Assembly: GCA_028278025.1 (NCBI GenBank)
Contig: JANQFE010000096.1
Span: forward strand, 10,711 to 74,710
DNA from: Thermodesulfobacteriota bacterium
Lineage (GTDB): Bacteria; Desulfobacterota; WTBG01; CAIYCZ01; CAIRTM01
Direction: 5' to 3'
DNA length: 64,000 bases
Part shown: positions 9,277-19,876 of the stretch, in pieces
Position numbering within the stretch: position 1 is the first letter of the stretch
How the letters are laid out: each line of letters begins with the position of its first letter
Notes under the pieces: generated by a model
Told to the model about the DNA's origin: nothing
The model's database searches: none
Seen by the model: only the letters and a program-made list of their open reading frames with translations
Program-made: the position numbers and the translations under genes

Positions 9277-12108
9277 CTAATATGTCATAATGTCAGCAGA
9301 TTCAAAGATATTCTTAATGGTTTTTTTCTTTAGGTATGGTTTTACAAGTGAAAGATTATGTTTCAAAGTTGGAGGAGAGCTTTTTTGCAAGTCTATAAAA
9401 GCCTGCATCAAGCTGTTAACAAGTTCTTGGGGAAGTGCAACAGATTTATTCTTAAGGGCAGTATCTGTGATTAGAGCAGCAGAAGAAATTAATTCTAAAC
9501 AGCGCTGACTAAGTTTGGGATCTTTTTTTATAATATTCCAAACACCACAGGCTAAATCATAGTAGAGATCAACCAGCTGCCTTCCCGCTGGTGATTTTAC
9601 TAATATTTCATCACGAAACATCCTGAGTAGAATCAAATGATTATTCTGAGAAGTTTTTTCTACTAAATATTTAACAGGGCAGGTGCTGTTGTCCGGAGAT
9701 GTTCCGTTGTCATCATCATCATTTTCACCGACAACAGGCTTCATAATAATATCCTTATATACAACAGAACCGGGTGTGACCACTACAAGCGGAGTTGTTT
9801 CCTGGGTATAATATTTATGGTCTGATGACAGCATATGTTCACCGGCAGAGGCCAGGACTTCATAATAACCATCATGGTCACTGGTGTACTCGGGGCTGCC
9901 CTTGCAGGTAACGGTGGCATTATCGAGCAGATCTCCGGAGTCTGTTTTAACATATCCGTGAATTAAACCTATCAAACCTGATGAGGCCTCAAATAGCCCA
10001 GATGATGTACCTGCAAAGATAGGAGATAACGATAAAGGGGCACTTTTTTTAAGATGCAGGACTCGCGCAGATGTGCTGCCGGAAGCTGCTGAAGTATTTG
10101 CGTTTATGGTATGCAGGCTGTGCCCTGTAAGGCCTGCCTTGTTCCAGTACTCCCCGCCGTTGAGGCTCATATACACACCGCCAAAACTTACAAGGTCTTT
10201 ACGGTAGGCCATTGATAAACCTTGATAAACTATGTTGCTGTCTGATTTGTCGACACTAATGTCGGCTATGGTAAATTTCTCGGGCAATCCTTCAGATTTG
10301 TTTAACCAAGACGAACCACTGTCAGTGCTTTTGTAGATTCCGTTGCTGCGGCAGGCAGCATAAATTATATCAGGAGAAGAAGGTGCAAGTGCCAGCGCAT
10401 TTACGACTTCTTCATGTAAAGCTGTCTGCGACCACGTATCACCGCCATCAGTGCTTGCATACAGACCACCTGGCTTAACAGGAGAATAAACGTTCCCGGC
10501 ACCTGCAAAAATAATAGTTGAATCCTGTTGATTTACGGCAAGAACATTAATATCACAATCTGCCTGAAGCACTGTTTCAATTGTGCTTTTAGAGAAATTT
10601 TTTTGAGGGTCATCATCTATTCTTACAATCTGTCCTTTCGTGCCTGAAGAAAAACCAACCGCAGCTAAAACAATATCATTACCGGTTTCTTTCTCAATAA
10701 CGGCAATTGAATTTATGGAATTTGTATTAATAAGGTCCGGTAAATAGCGATACTGCCAGGTTGTGCCGCTGTCAGTGCTTTTTCCAAGTTTCCAAGCAAA
10801 ACCGGCATAGATAATATTTTTATCTTGAGGGTGAAAGCGAACAGCTTTACTAGAGTTTTTTTCAATGTGCTTCCATTCAGTATCAGTTTTAAGAAAAACA
10901 CCCGCAACAGTGCTCGCTACGATAGTTGAGGAATTATCAGGAGCAAAATCAGTTGAAAAAATTGCATTTGCCTTAATCCCGCTGTTTATAGTTTCCCAGG
11001 TTTCAGCGCCGTCGTTTGATTTAAAGATGCCGTTATGAATGCCGCCGGCATATATAGTATCTGGATTAAAGGGGTCTGATGCCAGCTTATAGAAATCATC
11101 AGGGGTTTCAAAAAAGTCCCAGGTAGCACCTTTATCAACGCTTTTAGCAATTGTTTTACCGGCAAGTCCAGCGAAGACGGTATCAGGTTCGGAGTTTGGA
11201 ATGCATAAAGTGTATGTAGGCTCGGCTAGCGATGTCCAGTACCAAGAACCGCTTTTAAGCGGACCGTCAACCTTGCGGGCTACACCTTTTGATCCACATG
11301 TAAAAAGAACAGATGGGTCAGAAGGATGAACTGCAATTGAGCCAAGCCAGCCAAACGAGCCAGAACCTTCATCTCCATAGGCTTCTGACCAGCTATGCCA
11401 TGTTGTACCGTTATCAGGGGAAACATACACAATGCCGTTTGTTTCAAACACACCCCATGATGAAGAAATTCCCCACAATTCACCAGGTTGTTGAGGGTTG
11501 ATGCCCAGGTCAATAATCGCATAAGGTGCCTCAAGGGACATTTCTTTGAAAAGAATAGACCCCTCAGTGCTTCGATAGAAATAACCGTAGCCATTATCAC
11601 TTGTTGGCCCGGTTCCAATATATATTGTATTACCCGTAGAATCGTGTGGATCAACTTCAACATTATGGCAAAAAAGCTTTGAAAATACTCCGTTAATGAA
11701 TCCGATATTCCATGTTTCACCATAATCGTAGCTGACATCAGTAAACATATTGGATGACACCCATATGGTTGACGGGTTGTTCGGATCAATATCAATGTCA
11801 AAAACTTCACGGTTGCGAAACCAGGTGTTGTTGTCGGTGGGGATTGTAATCCATGTCTGACCGCTGTCAGTGGTTCTGAACAGGCCGTCACCGTTCCAGC
11901 TGCCGGCATACAGTATCGAGCTGTCATCGGGATCAATAGCAAGGGATAGAATCTGACCGCCATACAGCCCCAAGTCTTCCCAATAAGAGTTTTCCTGTTG
12001 AGCATGTGCAGGGCAAAAAGTGCAAAATAGGATTAAAGGCACACAAAATGCAACATATGTGCAAAGTATTATAGAGTTGAGGGTGTTGAATATTTGATAT
12101 AATTTCAT
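9277..12108 (-). CDS. Secreted BNR/Asp-box repeat protein (sortilin/Ycf48-like beta-propeller repeats), followed by a carboxypeptidase-regulatory-like domain and the conserved C-terminal domain (CTD-B)
   Basis: The ORF track's 9277..12348 overlaps the upstream gene. The real start is ATG 12108 (MKLYQIF...CPAHAQQ signal). Eight or more S/TxDxGxTW motifs (TTDSGQTW, SYDYGETW, SPDNGTTW, VDKGATW, SNDGAETW, STDSGTTW, STDGGDTW, STDSGSSW). C-terminus 'LRMFRDEILVKSPAGRQLVDLYY'. Confidence 0.8.
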   Translation of the reverse strand: MKLYQIFNTLNSIILCTYVAFCVPLILFCTFCPAHAQQENSYWEDLGLYGGQILSLAIDPDDSSILYAGSWNGDGLFRTTDSGQTWITIPTDNNTWFRNREVFDIDIDPNNPSTIWVSSNMFTDVSYDYGETWNIGFINGVFSKLFCHNVEVDPHDSTGNTIYIGTGPTSDNGYGYFYRSTEGSILFKEMSLEAPYAIIDLGINPQQPGELWGISSSWGVFETNGIVYVSPDNGTTWHSWSEAYGDEGSGSFGWLGSIAVHPSDPSVLFTCGSKGVARKVDGPLKSGSWYWTSLAEPTYTLCIPNSEPDTVFAGLAGKTIAKSVDKGATWDFFETPDDFYKLASDPFNPDTIYAGGIHNGIFKSNDGAETWETINSGIKANAIFSTDFAPDNSSTIVASTVAGVFLKTDTEWKHIEKNSSKAVRFHPQDKNIIYAGFAWKLGKSTDSGTTWQYRYLPDLINTNSINSIAVIEKETGNDIVLAAVGFSSGTKGQIVRIDDDPQKNFSKSTIETVLQADCDINVLAVNQQDSTIIFAGAGNVYSPVKPGGLYASTDGGDTWSQTALHEEVVNALALAPSSPDIIYAACRSNGIYKSTDSGSSWLNKSEGLPEKFTIADISVDKSDSNIVYQGLSMAYRKDLVSFGGVYMSLNGGEYWNKAGLTGHSLHTINANTSAASGSTSARVLHLKKSAPLSLSPIFAGTSSGLFEASSGLIGLIHGYVKTDSGDLLDNATVTCKGSPEYTSDHDGYYEVLASAGEHMLSSDHKYYTQETTPLVVVTPGSVVYKDIIMKPVVGENDDDDNGTSPDNSTCPVKYLVEKTSQNNHLILLRMFRDEILVKSPAGRQLVDLYYDLACGVWNIIKKDPKLSQRCLELISSAALITDTALKNKSVALPQELVNSLMQAFIDLQKSSPPTLKHNLSLVKPYLKKKTIKNIFESADIMTY

Positions 12109-12142
12109 TTTAAAAAAAAATCTGCACATAGCGTTCATGCAC

Positions 12143-13495
12143 TTAAAAATGAATAATAACTGATGCCATAAACAGATGCTGGGTAACATCCGCATCAGTT
12201 GAAGGTATATCCAGAACCTCTCCCTCAACATCCTCTCCCCGGCGAAACTGGTAGGCAAAATCAAAAACAAGCCTTCCAGCTGAAAAACCTGTGCCCAGAG
12301 AAAATCCCCAGAAATCTTCAGGGCTTTTATTAGACGGCTCAGGATCATAAAAAAGTCCGCAACGCAACGGAATGATGGTTTTTACAAATATAAGGAGATA
12401 TTCTGCACCCAGTCTAATCTGGTGGGTTGCATTAACATGACTATCTTGTGAAGACTCACCGGTGATAGGACTTTTACGTTTGCCTTTACCGTTTTCAAGC
12501 ACAAAATGAGACCATTCAGTTCTGTGTACATCGAGTGAAAGAGTAAGTGTATCAGAAAAACGTAATGCAATCCCAAACCCATACGATAGGGGTATTTCAA
12601 GATCAACATCCTCGTCTATACGTGTTACCGAAGTGCTGGCAAAGCCTGTGGGCGGCTTCATTGTGATTTTTCCCACACGTTCATGCTGCAATTCACCGGT
12701 AAAGGGGGTCTTAATAACGCCGCCGATTGTTATATACCTGTTGATGTCCCATAAAAAACCAATATGCATGTTAAAACCGGAAAAGCCGTAATACCTGTCG
12801 CGGTCTTTAGATTTAAACTTTGTCGGTGCTCGTCCCGGACGAGATATTGCACCTGTAATAATAGTATCCGACTCCCAACCGTTACTCCAAAAAAGATTGT
12901 CAGTCCAAATATTGCATGTAAATCCAAAAGAAATATCGGGGGTAATTTGAATGGCATAAGCAGGAGATAGCGCACTCAGTTTGCCACGCTGGCGGAAATC
13001 CATATGCTGCTCGAAACGAACGGCAGGATTGTTAGACCGGGTAATAAAATCTGTTTCAATATTGCGATCAAATTCATAAAGGCGCTGGTAGTTAAGCGAA
13101 ACAATCATGTTGCGCTGAAACAGTTTGAAAGGATAAGCAATGCTCAAGTAATTAAGGTCTTTGCTGAGACTTCGCTGCAGTCCAGCCGCTTCAGGGTGAC
13201 TTTTTGAACTGTAATCCTCACGACGTCTGAAATAAGAAAACGCAAAAGAAATCTCGGGCTTACGCAGTTGAGTCAGACCGGCAGGATTCCATGAGGCTGC
13301 GGTGGCATCATCTGCAACAGCAATAAAGGCGCCCCCCATACCAACAGCGCGGGCACCTGAGCCAACAGGGTTGGGTGATGATGCTATAGTAATTTTTTGA
13401 GGTGCAGTTTGTGCCGAAACTGCAGTACACAATACGCCACCTGTAAGGCATAAAAAAATGAAATAAAAAAAACAGCGTAGAAGAAACAGTCTCAT
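12143..13495 (-). CDS. FadL/TodX/OMPP1-family outer-membrane beta-barrel (hydrophobic-substrate transporter family, which also contains T9SS PorV)
   Basis: Signal peptide. 'GMGGAFIAVADDATAASWNPAGL', the family-typical NPAGL N-terminal motif. C-terminal aromatic (..HF). The ATG overlaps the stop of the upstream gene (ATGA coupling). Confidence 0.8.
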   Translation of the reverse strand: MRLFLLRCFFYFIFLCLTGGVLCTAVSAQTAPQKITIASSPNPVGSGARAVGMGGAFIAVADDATAASWNPAGLTQLRKPEISFAFSYFRRREDYSSKSHPEAAGLQRSLSKDLNYLSIAYPFKLFQRNMIVSLNYQRLYEFDRNIETDFITRSNNPAVRFEQHMDFRQRGKLSALSPAYAIQITPDISFGFTCNIWTDNLFWSNGWESDTIITGAISRPGRAPTKFKSKDRDRYYGFSGFNMHIGFLWDINRYITIGGVIKTPFTGELQHERVGKITMKPPTGFASTSVTRIDEDVDLEIPLSYGFGIALRFSDTLTLSLDVHRTEWSHFVLENGKGKRKSPITGESSQDSHVNATHQIRLGAEYLLIFVKTIIPLRCGLFYDPEPSNKSPEDFWGFSLGTGFSAGRLVFDFAYQFRRGEDVEGEVLDIPSTDADVTQHLFMASVIIHF

Positions 13496-15618
13496 TTTGT
13501 GATTACTTTATCATTAATCTTAAGGTCTCGTTCTGTAAATTTTTCAAGAATCTTACCTTTAGCAAATTCTTTATTGACCTCTGTTGCAGTCACCAGCCCG
13601 AGAACCTCTGTTTTTCGGCCAAGTATTTTTTTTGTAACAGGATGTATGAGAGGGTCATTTTCTCTGAAGGCCAGAAGCTTCATGCCTGTGCATAAAGAAT
13701 GAGAGCTGCCAAGATCAATTGTTATGCTGCGTAATTTTTTACTGATTATGGTTCCTTCACACAAAGGAAAATGTTGTTTAAATTTAAGCGCAAGTCCTCC
13801 GATAGCATCACGAAGACCACGCAGATTTTCTCCTTCCCAGTATACGTCCTTTTCAGCCAGGATAAGGGATGTTTCCGTATCTACCATACGTGCAATAATT
13901 TCCACAGATTGTTCAGTTGTAAAAATGTCTCCAAGCAAAACTGTTTCAGATGCCATCAAACGGCCAAGACGAATAGCGGTCTGCTGATCAAAGATAGATT
14001 CCTGAGAGAGTTGCTGTTCAGTAAGCAATTGCTCCAATTGCTTTCTTTCAAGCACATTAAACCGTTTCTGCTGCACGAAGCATTTGGTTAGAAAAGATTC
14101 AATATAATCAGCCAGAGGCTCAGTATTTTGTTTGCTCTCTCTAAAAGGATAAATTGAAACAGTTAGGCGGGAGCCAACTTGTCGAATTGCAGGAATTTTT
14201 CTAATTACGGAAACAGCCTTGGTTATAGTTAAACCCTTGTGGTCAATAAGTTCAACAGAGACGGTATTTGCCTTTTCGTGCAGCTGTATAAGTTTGCTAA
14301 AGGAAAGTGTTTTCCTGGTGCTCTTGCCGAGCTCTCTTAAAAATGCCTTAAAAGATTTGTTCATGTCGGACTGTAGAAGTGATTGACCATTAACCCTTAT
14401 ATCTTTTATTCCCGCCGGAGTATAGACAAAGCCCTCAAGAAAAAGTGTATCTGATAAAACAGTTTGACCATCTTCACAGCCCTTCAGCTGAATATAAGGT
14501 TGTGACGGATGAGACGTTTGAGAATGGTAAGCTGTGAAATTACGTTCTGTTTGTCCAGAAGGTATTTTCATGACAGGAAGTGCTTCTCCAGAATATGCTA
14601 TAAGGGGTAATTTTGACGGAGGGCAGGAACTGGTTGACGAAACAACATGGATGAATCCGGTTGTGTGATTGCCGGCACGGTCTACTGCAACAAACTGAAT
14701 TTTATTCCCGCCTGATAATGTGTCCGACCTTACATAATAATTAATTTTTTCAAATTGCTTGTAACCAATCGGCAGATTGTTGTTGTTGATTGTAACTTTT
14801 GAGAGGGCTGAACTGTCAAAAACTGCACCACTGATATGGATTGTGTTATTGCCATCAGGCCTGGCTTCCAGAAAAACCAAAGGACCATTTCGATCAACCG
14901 TTACCTCAAACTTTACCGGAGGTGATTTTTTTTCAGTTAAATCCTCTGCCTGGACTGTAATAAGATTTTTTCCGTCATGAAGAATGATTTCTTTATGAAA
15001 TGTGACATCTTTTTGTGAAAGTTCAAGTGAAGTGGGGTTTCCGTTAACCAAGATTTTTGAAACATAGAAATCATCATGTGCAGAGCCGCTTACATTCATT
15101 GATAAGCTGCTGGTTACATAATCACGAGTGGGTGTAACCACTGCAAGGGTAGGTGGCATAGTATCTAAGCCTGTTTTTTTAAGCAGCTTTTGCCGGGCCT
15201 TATTAAGGTAAAATACAGCCCGGGCAGTTTTGAAATCTGAAAGAGATGCCTCAAGAGACTGAATGGCTTCTTCATGATTACCAAGATGATAACAGGCTAT
15301 TCCCAACTCACGTTTAGGGAAATAGTCTATAAAATGCATTCCATAAGTGCGGGCTCTGCGCTGATCCTTATCTCGCTGGGCAATTGCCTGTTTAAAATCT
15401 GATGAAGCGTCCTGCCAGAAGCCTCCCTGGCTGTATGAAAGACCGCGAAGGTAGTAATCGTTCCATTTTTCTTTAAAAAGGCCATCAACTGTACCGTAAA
15501 GCATGCCGTCCTTTTCGTAGACCGTGCTTTCTTTTACAGCACAGCTGTATTGCAGAAATGCAAAAATGACAGTGAAAACAAAAAAAATAGAATATATCTT
15601 TTTATATAACCAGCACAT
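13492..15618 (-). CDS. Lipoprotein with N-terminal TPR-like region, central Ig-like/beta region and C-terminal CsgG/HfaB-like domain
   Basis: ATG at 15618. 'FNVLERKQLEQLLTEQQL...AIRLGRLMASETVLLGDI' resembles the CsgG core LERxxLxxLLxE ... lG..lGAdylv.G. Confidence 0.55.
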   Translation of the reverse strand: MCWLYKKIYSIFFVFTVIFAFLQYSCAVKESTVYEKDGMLYGTVDGLFKEKWNDYYLRGLSYSQGGFWQDASSDFKQAIAQRDKDQRRARTYGMHFIDYFPKRELGIACYHLGNHEEAIQSLEASLSDFKTARAVFYLNKARQKLLKKTGLDTMPPTLAVVTPTRDYVTSSLSMNVSGSAHDDFYVSKILVNGNPTSLELSQKDVTFHKEIILHDGKNLITVQAEDLTEKKSPPVKFEVTVDRNGPLVFLEARPDGNNTIHISGAVFDSSALSKVTINNNNLPIGYKQFEKINYYVRSDTLSGGNKIQFVAVDRAGNHTTGFIHVVSSTSSCPPSKLPLIAYSGEALPVMKIPSGQTERNFTAYHSQTSHPSQPYIQLKGCEDGQTVLSDTLFLEGFVYTPAGIKDIRVNGQSLLQSDMNKSFKAFLRELGKSTRKTLSFSKLIQLHEKANTVSVELIDHKGLTITKAVSVIRKIPAIRQVGSRLTVSIYPFRESKQNTEPLADYIESFLTKCFVQQKRFNVLERKQLEQLLTEQQLSQESIFDQQTAIRLGRLMASETVLLGDIFTTEQSVEIIARMVDTETSLILAEKDVYWEGENLRGLRDAIGGLALKFKQHFPLCEGTIISKKLRSITIDLGSSHSLCTGMKLLAFRENDPLIHPVTKKILGRKTEVLGLVTATEVNKEFAKGKILEKFTERDLKINDKVITK

Positions 15619-15660
15619 TGCTTTTGTCTCAACCTTTAAAGCATCATGTAATAAACAAAA

Positions 15661-17778
15661 TTAATTAGATTCAACAACTCTCAGGCCTGGTACAATATTT
15701 TTTTTACTGCTAAGAATAGTCGCATACGAGTGATCCGGCATTGTTTGTACAGTCTTCAGCAATCCTATATGCTCCTTGTCATATGCAAGAGAAAGGTCAG
15801 ATTCGGCTAAGGAGTCATTTGTTGGAAGGATTGAGAAATCAGTACCCACTTGAACGCCACTGTCTGCACCGATGTTTAGCAGGACTTTTTCATTTTGCAA
15901 ACGGATGATTTTACCTTTAACTGGATAGAGGGACCTTGCTTCTTTTATAAGGGAGTTTGATAAATTATTAACAATAACCTTGGCGGCCCTGTTATCCAAC
16001 TCCTCATGCAATGCAATAATAATTTTAGAAGTGTCAGTTTCAAAAACACGTAAATTGACAGTAGTCAGATTTTTCAGCTTTACAATTTTTCCAACACCAA
16101 TGAGCCTGGCACCCATAAGCTTGCCGAGCATGGCAAGTGCCAAGGACTGATCGGCAATATCTGAGGTGCTGATCTGCAATTCTTTCAGCAGGGCGTTGAT
16201 TTTTTCACGCTCTACGAGTTGAACCCTGCCTGTGTTTATGAGTTCTCTGGAAAGGCTTGTGGTAAAGTATTGTTCAAGATTCTCACTGTCTTTAATGTTG
16301 CCAACACAGCTAAATCCAAGTATTGACATCGTCAAAGGGCTTGATGTCCATGAATCTACAGGATGTGATGAGCCCTTTATTTTTTTTTGTTTTTCATATT
16401 TTTCAGTAAGAGCTTTTAGAATAACTCGAATATTATCAGTAGAAGGTTTTACGGACTTAACGGCAGTTATAGAAGTTTTGTCAGTATGTTTTTGTTTAAG
16501 AAAAGGAAGTTTATCATGAGAGAGAAAAAGCAGAATAAATATTGCAGTTAAAAAAATGATGACAGAAGAAATTGTAAAGTTAAAGGTTTTGCGGTCAAGA
16601 GGAAGTGATCTTGTTGATCCTGTTGCAAGGGCCTCTTTATGCGTAGACATTTCTTCATAGGGCAGTTTTTTGTCTGCAGAAGAAAACTGGTTGTCATCAA
16701 GATAATTGAAAGATGGATGGCCATACAGAACATAGCTTGCCCAGATAATATTGCTCTCACCGTAAATGGAAATAAGATGCTCGCGAGACTTTTTTACAGC
16801 CTCTCCAATACAACAACCTTGGATAAGTTTTTGATAAAAACAAACAGAAAATTCACGGCTTGCATCATCCAGGACTTCCCAGAAGGTGCCGATGTAATGC
16901 AGTACTCCTGACACTAGAAATGAATGCGCAAGGCCGAAGATGTTAGTTTCAAAATCTTCATTAAGTTTCCATTCAAGTGTCTGGCCTGACTGGCAGGCAT
17001 TGGCAAAGATAAGATTAGGGAAAGGCCTGTTGCGCGACATGTGCATGATATCATGTGAAGTGAATTTACCGTTTTCCAGCAGCCAGCCGCTTTGTGAAGG
17101 ATCAGCAGCAACATAATCAGCATGGCCTGCATAGTGAATAATATCATAGTTGCGTATGTAGTCCCTTAATGTGGAGTTGTTGACTCTTCGATTAAAAAGA
17201 TCTGCGTGTATTAGTGCGGGGCTTTTATCCAGTTCAGATCTAATAAGGCTACCTTCAATGTAAGCATTTTCAAGATCGCCACTGGGGTCACACAAAATTA
17301 GAATTTTTAAGGGCGACGAGATCTTTTTGGGTTTTGGCTTGACGATGTTTTGATGGGTGCGCACAACCCTGCCTACATTAAATTTCCTGCAAAGGAAATC
17401 GCTGCCGTCATACAAAAGTTCCCAGGGAATATGGACCAGTCCGTCATCAATATTAATGATAAGGTTTTCAGAAGCAGTTTTGGAAAGCTCTTTTTGAACA
17501 TTGTGGGGCAATAAATCTTCAAAAAGCGAGAAACCGGTATTCTTTAATTGAGCAAGATTTTCTCCGGCAAGTGCGCCTCTCAGATTAGCATTGTTAAGCA
17601 GTCGGGTAAATTCTTTGCATTTATTAGTTATAAGATATGGATCAATGGTTTGCTCTGAAATATGTCTTAGCGTATCCTCTTCTATGTTTGTCTTAGTAAA
17701 GATACCAACCTTCAGACGGGTATGCTCTCGTGATAATTCAATTTCAATTGTTTTTTGCTGGTGGTCGTGTGTGCTCAT
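15661..17778 (-). CDS. CHAT-domain (caspase-like, clan CD) peptidase fused through a TM helix to a C-terminal CsgG-like domain
   Basis: ATG at 17778. 'HYAGHADYV' and 'FANACQSGQ' are the His/Cys dyad motifs of CHAT/caspase-HetF. TM helix 'VIIFLTAIFILLFLS'. C-terminus 'VQLVEREKINALLKELQ...LAMLGKLMGARLIGVGKI' (CsgG-like). Confidence 0.7.
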   Translation of the reverse strand: MSTHDHQQKTIEIELSREHTRLKVGIFTKTNIEEDTLRHISEQTIDPYLITNKCKEFTRLLNNANLRGALAGENLAQLKNTGFSLFEDLLPHNVQKELSKTASENLIINIDDGLVHIPWELLYDGSDFLCRKFNVGRVVRTHQNIVKPKPKKISSPLKILILCDPSGDLENAYIEGSLIRSELDKSPALIHADLFNRRVNNSTLRDYIRNYDIIHYAGHADYVAADPSQSGWLLENGKFTSHDIMHMSRNRPFPNLIFANACQSGQTLEWKLNEDFETNIFGLAHSFLVSGVLHYIGTFWEVLDDASREFSVCFYQKLIQGCCIGEAVKKSREHLISIYGESNIIWASYVLYGHPSFNYLDDNQFSSADKKLPYEEMSTHKEALATGSTRSLPLDRKTFNFTISSVIIFLTAIFILLFLSHDKLPFLKQKHTDKTSITAVKSVKPSTDNIRVILKALTEKYEKQKKIKGSSHPVDSWTSSPLTMSILGFSCVGNIKDSENLEQYFTTSLSRELINTGRVQLVEREKINALLKELQISTSDIADQSLALAMLGKLMGARLIGVGKIVKLKNLTTVNLRVFETDTSKIIIALHEELDNRAAKVIVNNLSNSLIKEARSLYPVKGKIIRLQNEKVLLNIGADSGVQVGTDFSILPTNDSLAESDLSLAYDKEHIGLLKTVQTMPDHSYATILSSKKNIVPGLRVVESN

Positions 17779-17835
17779 TATATACTGTTTCTTAATAAAG
17801 TTGTCTGATTAGTTTATGCAGCTAATGCAGAGATG

Positions 17836-18705
17836 CTATTGAATCAGAAATTGAACTCTTTTGATTTCCCTGCGGTTTCTGGATAATACTATATGATAAG
17901 TTCCAGGAGATATATCCTTAAACAGCGCCTTACCATCTTCTAGGAAGAGCGACACTATTTCGAGGGTATCATGAAACAAAGAAACTCTGATATTATCAAG
18001 AGAAGAGCGTAGGCCTGATGTTGAGAGAAAAACCAACACTTCAAATTTTTGTTTCTCAAGTTCTTCTATTTCAATTTTCAGCTCAATTCCCCCGGACCTG
18101 TCCATGATAATGGATATGTTTTCCTGGAGTTTTCTTTTACCCTTTCGAACCATTATAAGCTGCGGTTCAGATTGAGGAATAAAAAGTTCGGCAACAAAAT
18201 CCCTGCATTTTTGGAGAATGGATTTAGTAAGGTGTATCATTTGTGTGCTTAATGAAGTGTCAGTGCTTTTGCTAAGAGGATATTCCCGTGAGACTGCTTT
18301 AAGAAAACTATGCAGCCCATCTACTGGTTCCTTATGAAAAGTCATTTTTTGCATATCCTGCTCAAGATCAAGAAGCTGTGAGAAATATCTGTTACAGTCA
18401 GTACAACTATTAAGGTGTTGTTTAATTTCTTTTAGGCCCTTATCAGATAGCATTTCTCTCTGGTTAGCATACGCGACAAGAAGATCAGGGTCAATACAAC
18501 TGGAATCTGCATATTTTTCTGCAAGAACTGTCCTGTGTGTTGATAATGCGGCATCAATTTCACGCAGTTTTATAATCTCATGTCTGCATGCGGAGCACCC
18601 ATCAATATGTGCTGCAAGCGTTTTCATATCATTGCCGTTTAACTGCTTTTCAAGATAAAGCAGTAATTTGTCATTGAGCTCAGGTTTATCACATTGTGCT
18701 TTCAC
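17836..18705 (-). CDS. Anti-sigma factor, zinc-finger (ZAS, HxxxCxxC) type
   Basis: GTG start at 18705 overlaps the sigma stop (GTGA). 'HIDGCSACRHE'. Second Cys pair 'CTDC'. Position is immediately downstream of the ECF sigma gene. Confidence 0.65.
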   Translation of the reverse strand: MKAQCDKPELNDKLLLYLEKQLNGNDMKTLAAHIDGCSACRHEIIKLREIDAALSTHRTVLAEKYADSSCIDPDLLVAYANQREMLSDKGLKEIKQHLNSCTDCNRYFSQLLDLEQDMQKMTFHKEPVDGLHSFLKAVSREYPLSKSTDTSLSTQMIHLTKSILQKCRDFVAELFIPQSEPQLIMVRKGKRKLQENISIIMDRSGGIELKIEIEELEKQKFEVLVFLSTSGLRSSLDNIRVSLFHDTLEIVSLFLEDGKALFKDISPGTYHIVLSRNRREIKRVQFLIQ

Positions 18706-19304
18706 AAAAGATCTCCCTTGTTTTGTTCACAAAGGTTTCTCAACTCCAACAAACAGCGTTTCAGTCGTGACGCCACAGTGCCCATAGGAATATTAAGGGT
18801 AGATACAATTTTGTCATATGAAAAGTTATCAAAATATTTTAGTTTTATGATCTCACGGCACTTTGTTCCTATATTATCAAGAGCTGATGTCAGCAGCTCA
18901 CGTGTCTCGGTGCATTCAAGATGGTCATAAAAAGAAGAGTGCGTGTCTTCCAGTACCAAGCGGGGGGAGCCATCTTCATCTGCAGCATCAATTGACAAAC
19001 AGTTTTTTTCCCCCTCACGTTTTTGGGCTGTGATTTTTCTGATTTCTGAAACACATTTGTTTTTAGCGATATTTGAAGCAAAGGTTTCAAGAGAACAGTC
19101 AAATTTGAACGATTTTAATGAAGTGACAAGACCGGTAAATACTTCCTGTATTATTTCCTCTGCATCCTCAAAGTCAAAATTCCATTTTTTCCAATGGGCA
19201 ACGAACCGGATAGTATTATAGGTTCGTTTATAGAGGATGGACCAGGCTTCTTCGCTGCCGGTCAGGCATTGCGTAACAAGTTCTTTATCATCCTGCACTG
19301 CCAA
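18702..19304 (-). CDS. ECF-family RNA polymerase sigma-70 factor
   Basis: Sigma-70 region 2 ('EAWSILYKRTYNTIRFVAHW...EDAEEIIQEVF') and region 4 ('YFDNFSYDKIVSTLNIPMGTVASRLKRCLLELR'). The ORF track starts at 19460. A GAGGAGG SD 8 nt upstream of TTG 19304 gives an ECF-typical length of about 200 aa. Confidence 0.85.
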   Translation of the reverse strand: MAVQDDKELVTQCLTGSEEAWSILYKRTYNTIRFVAHWKKWNFDFEDAEEIIQEVFTGLVTSLKSFKFDCSLETFASNIAKNKCVSEIRKITAQKREGEKNCLSIDAADEDGSPRLVLEDTHSSFYDHLECTETRELLTSALDNIGTKCREIIKLKYFDNFSYDKIVSTLNIPMGTVASRLKRCLLELRNLCEQNKGDLL

Positions 19305-19876
19305 GAATGTTTCCTCCTCAAAGATATATATAACCAGATAACAAAAAGCTTTTGTATCTATAGATAAACATAAGCAATGCCTTTTCTCTGGAAGGTAGAT
19401 ACAGTAAACTGTAATATGATTGTGGTTTTGACGTCTGTTTGCTCTAATATTTTTTCTCATTTTTACATAAATTGCAATAAATAAACAGGATTAGAATTAT
19501 TTTTATTATAATCTATAATTAATTAGCTATTGTTAAAATTTTATTTCCCTTTTGGTGCAATGCTTAAAAGACATAATTAGAATACAATGAAAAATGGAGT
19601 TTCTCTAATATCTATTGTCGCAATCTGAAATAATTTGTTTCTAAAAAATGATTTATTTATTCAATCAACATAACAATCATTTTTCGCTCAGTTGATGCTG
19701 TTGGAAACAAGACCACATTTAATGCAGATGATTTCAAATGAAATGAGAAGTTTTATCAAGTGAGGTTTTTTCCTCAGGTGATAGCGAAGAACTAAAATTT
19801 TATTTAAAATATGATGGTTTAGAAAATTTTGCATAATGTTCACCTTTAGTGTTGGGTTGTTACTATTCAATGAATT

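Noticed and set aside
11280-12005. 241-aa ORF inside the BNR gene in another frame on the same strand
   Set aside because: Entirely embedded in a well-supported 944-aa gene. It is low-complexity with no recognisable domain. Alternative-frame artifact.
9277-12348. 1023-aa version of the BNR protein ORF extending 80 codons upstream into the FadL-like gene
   Set aside because: The extension overlaps the 3' end of 12143..13495 in another frame and has no signal peptide. ATG 12108 gives a clean signal peptide (…CPAHAQQ) and a 34-nt intergenic gap.
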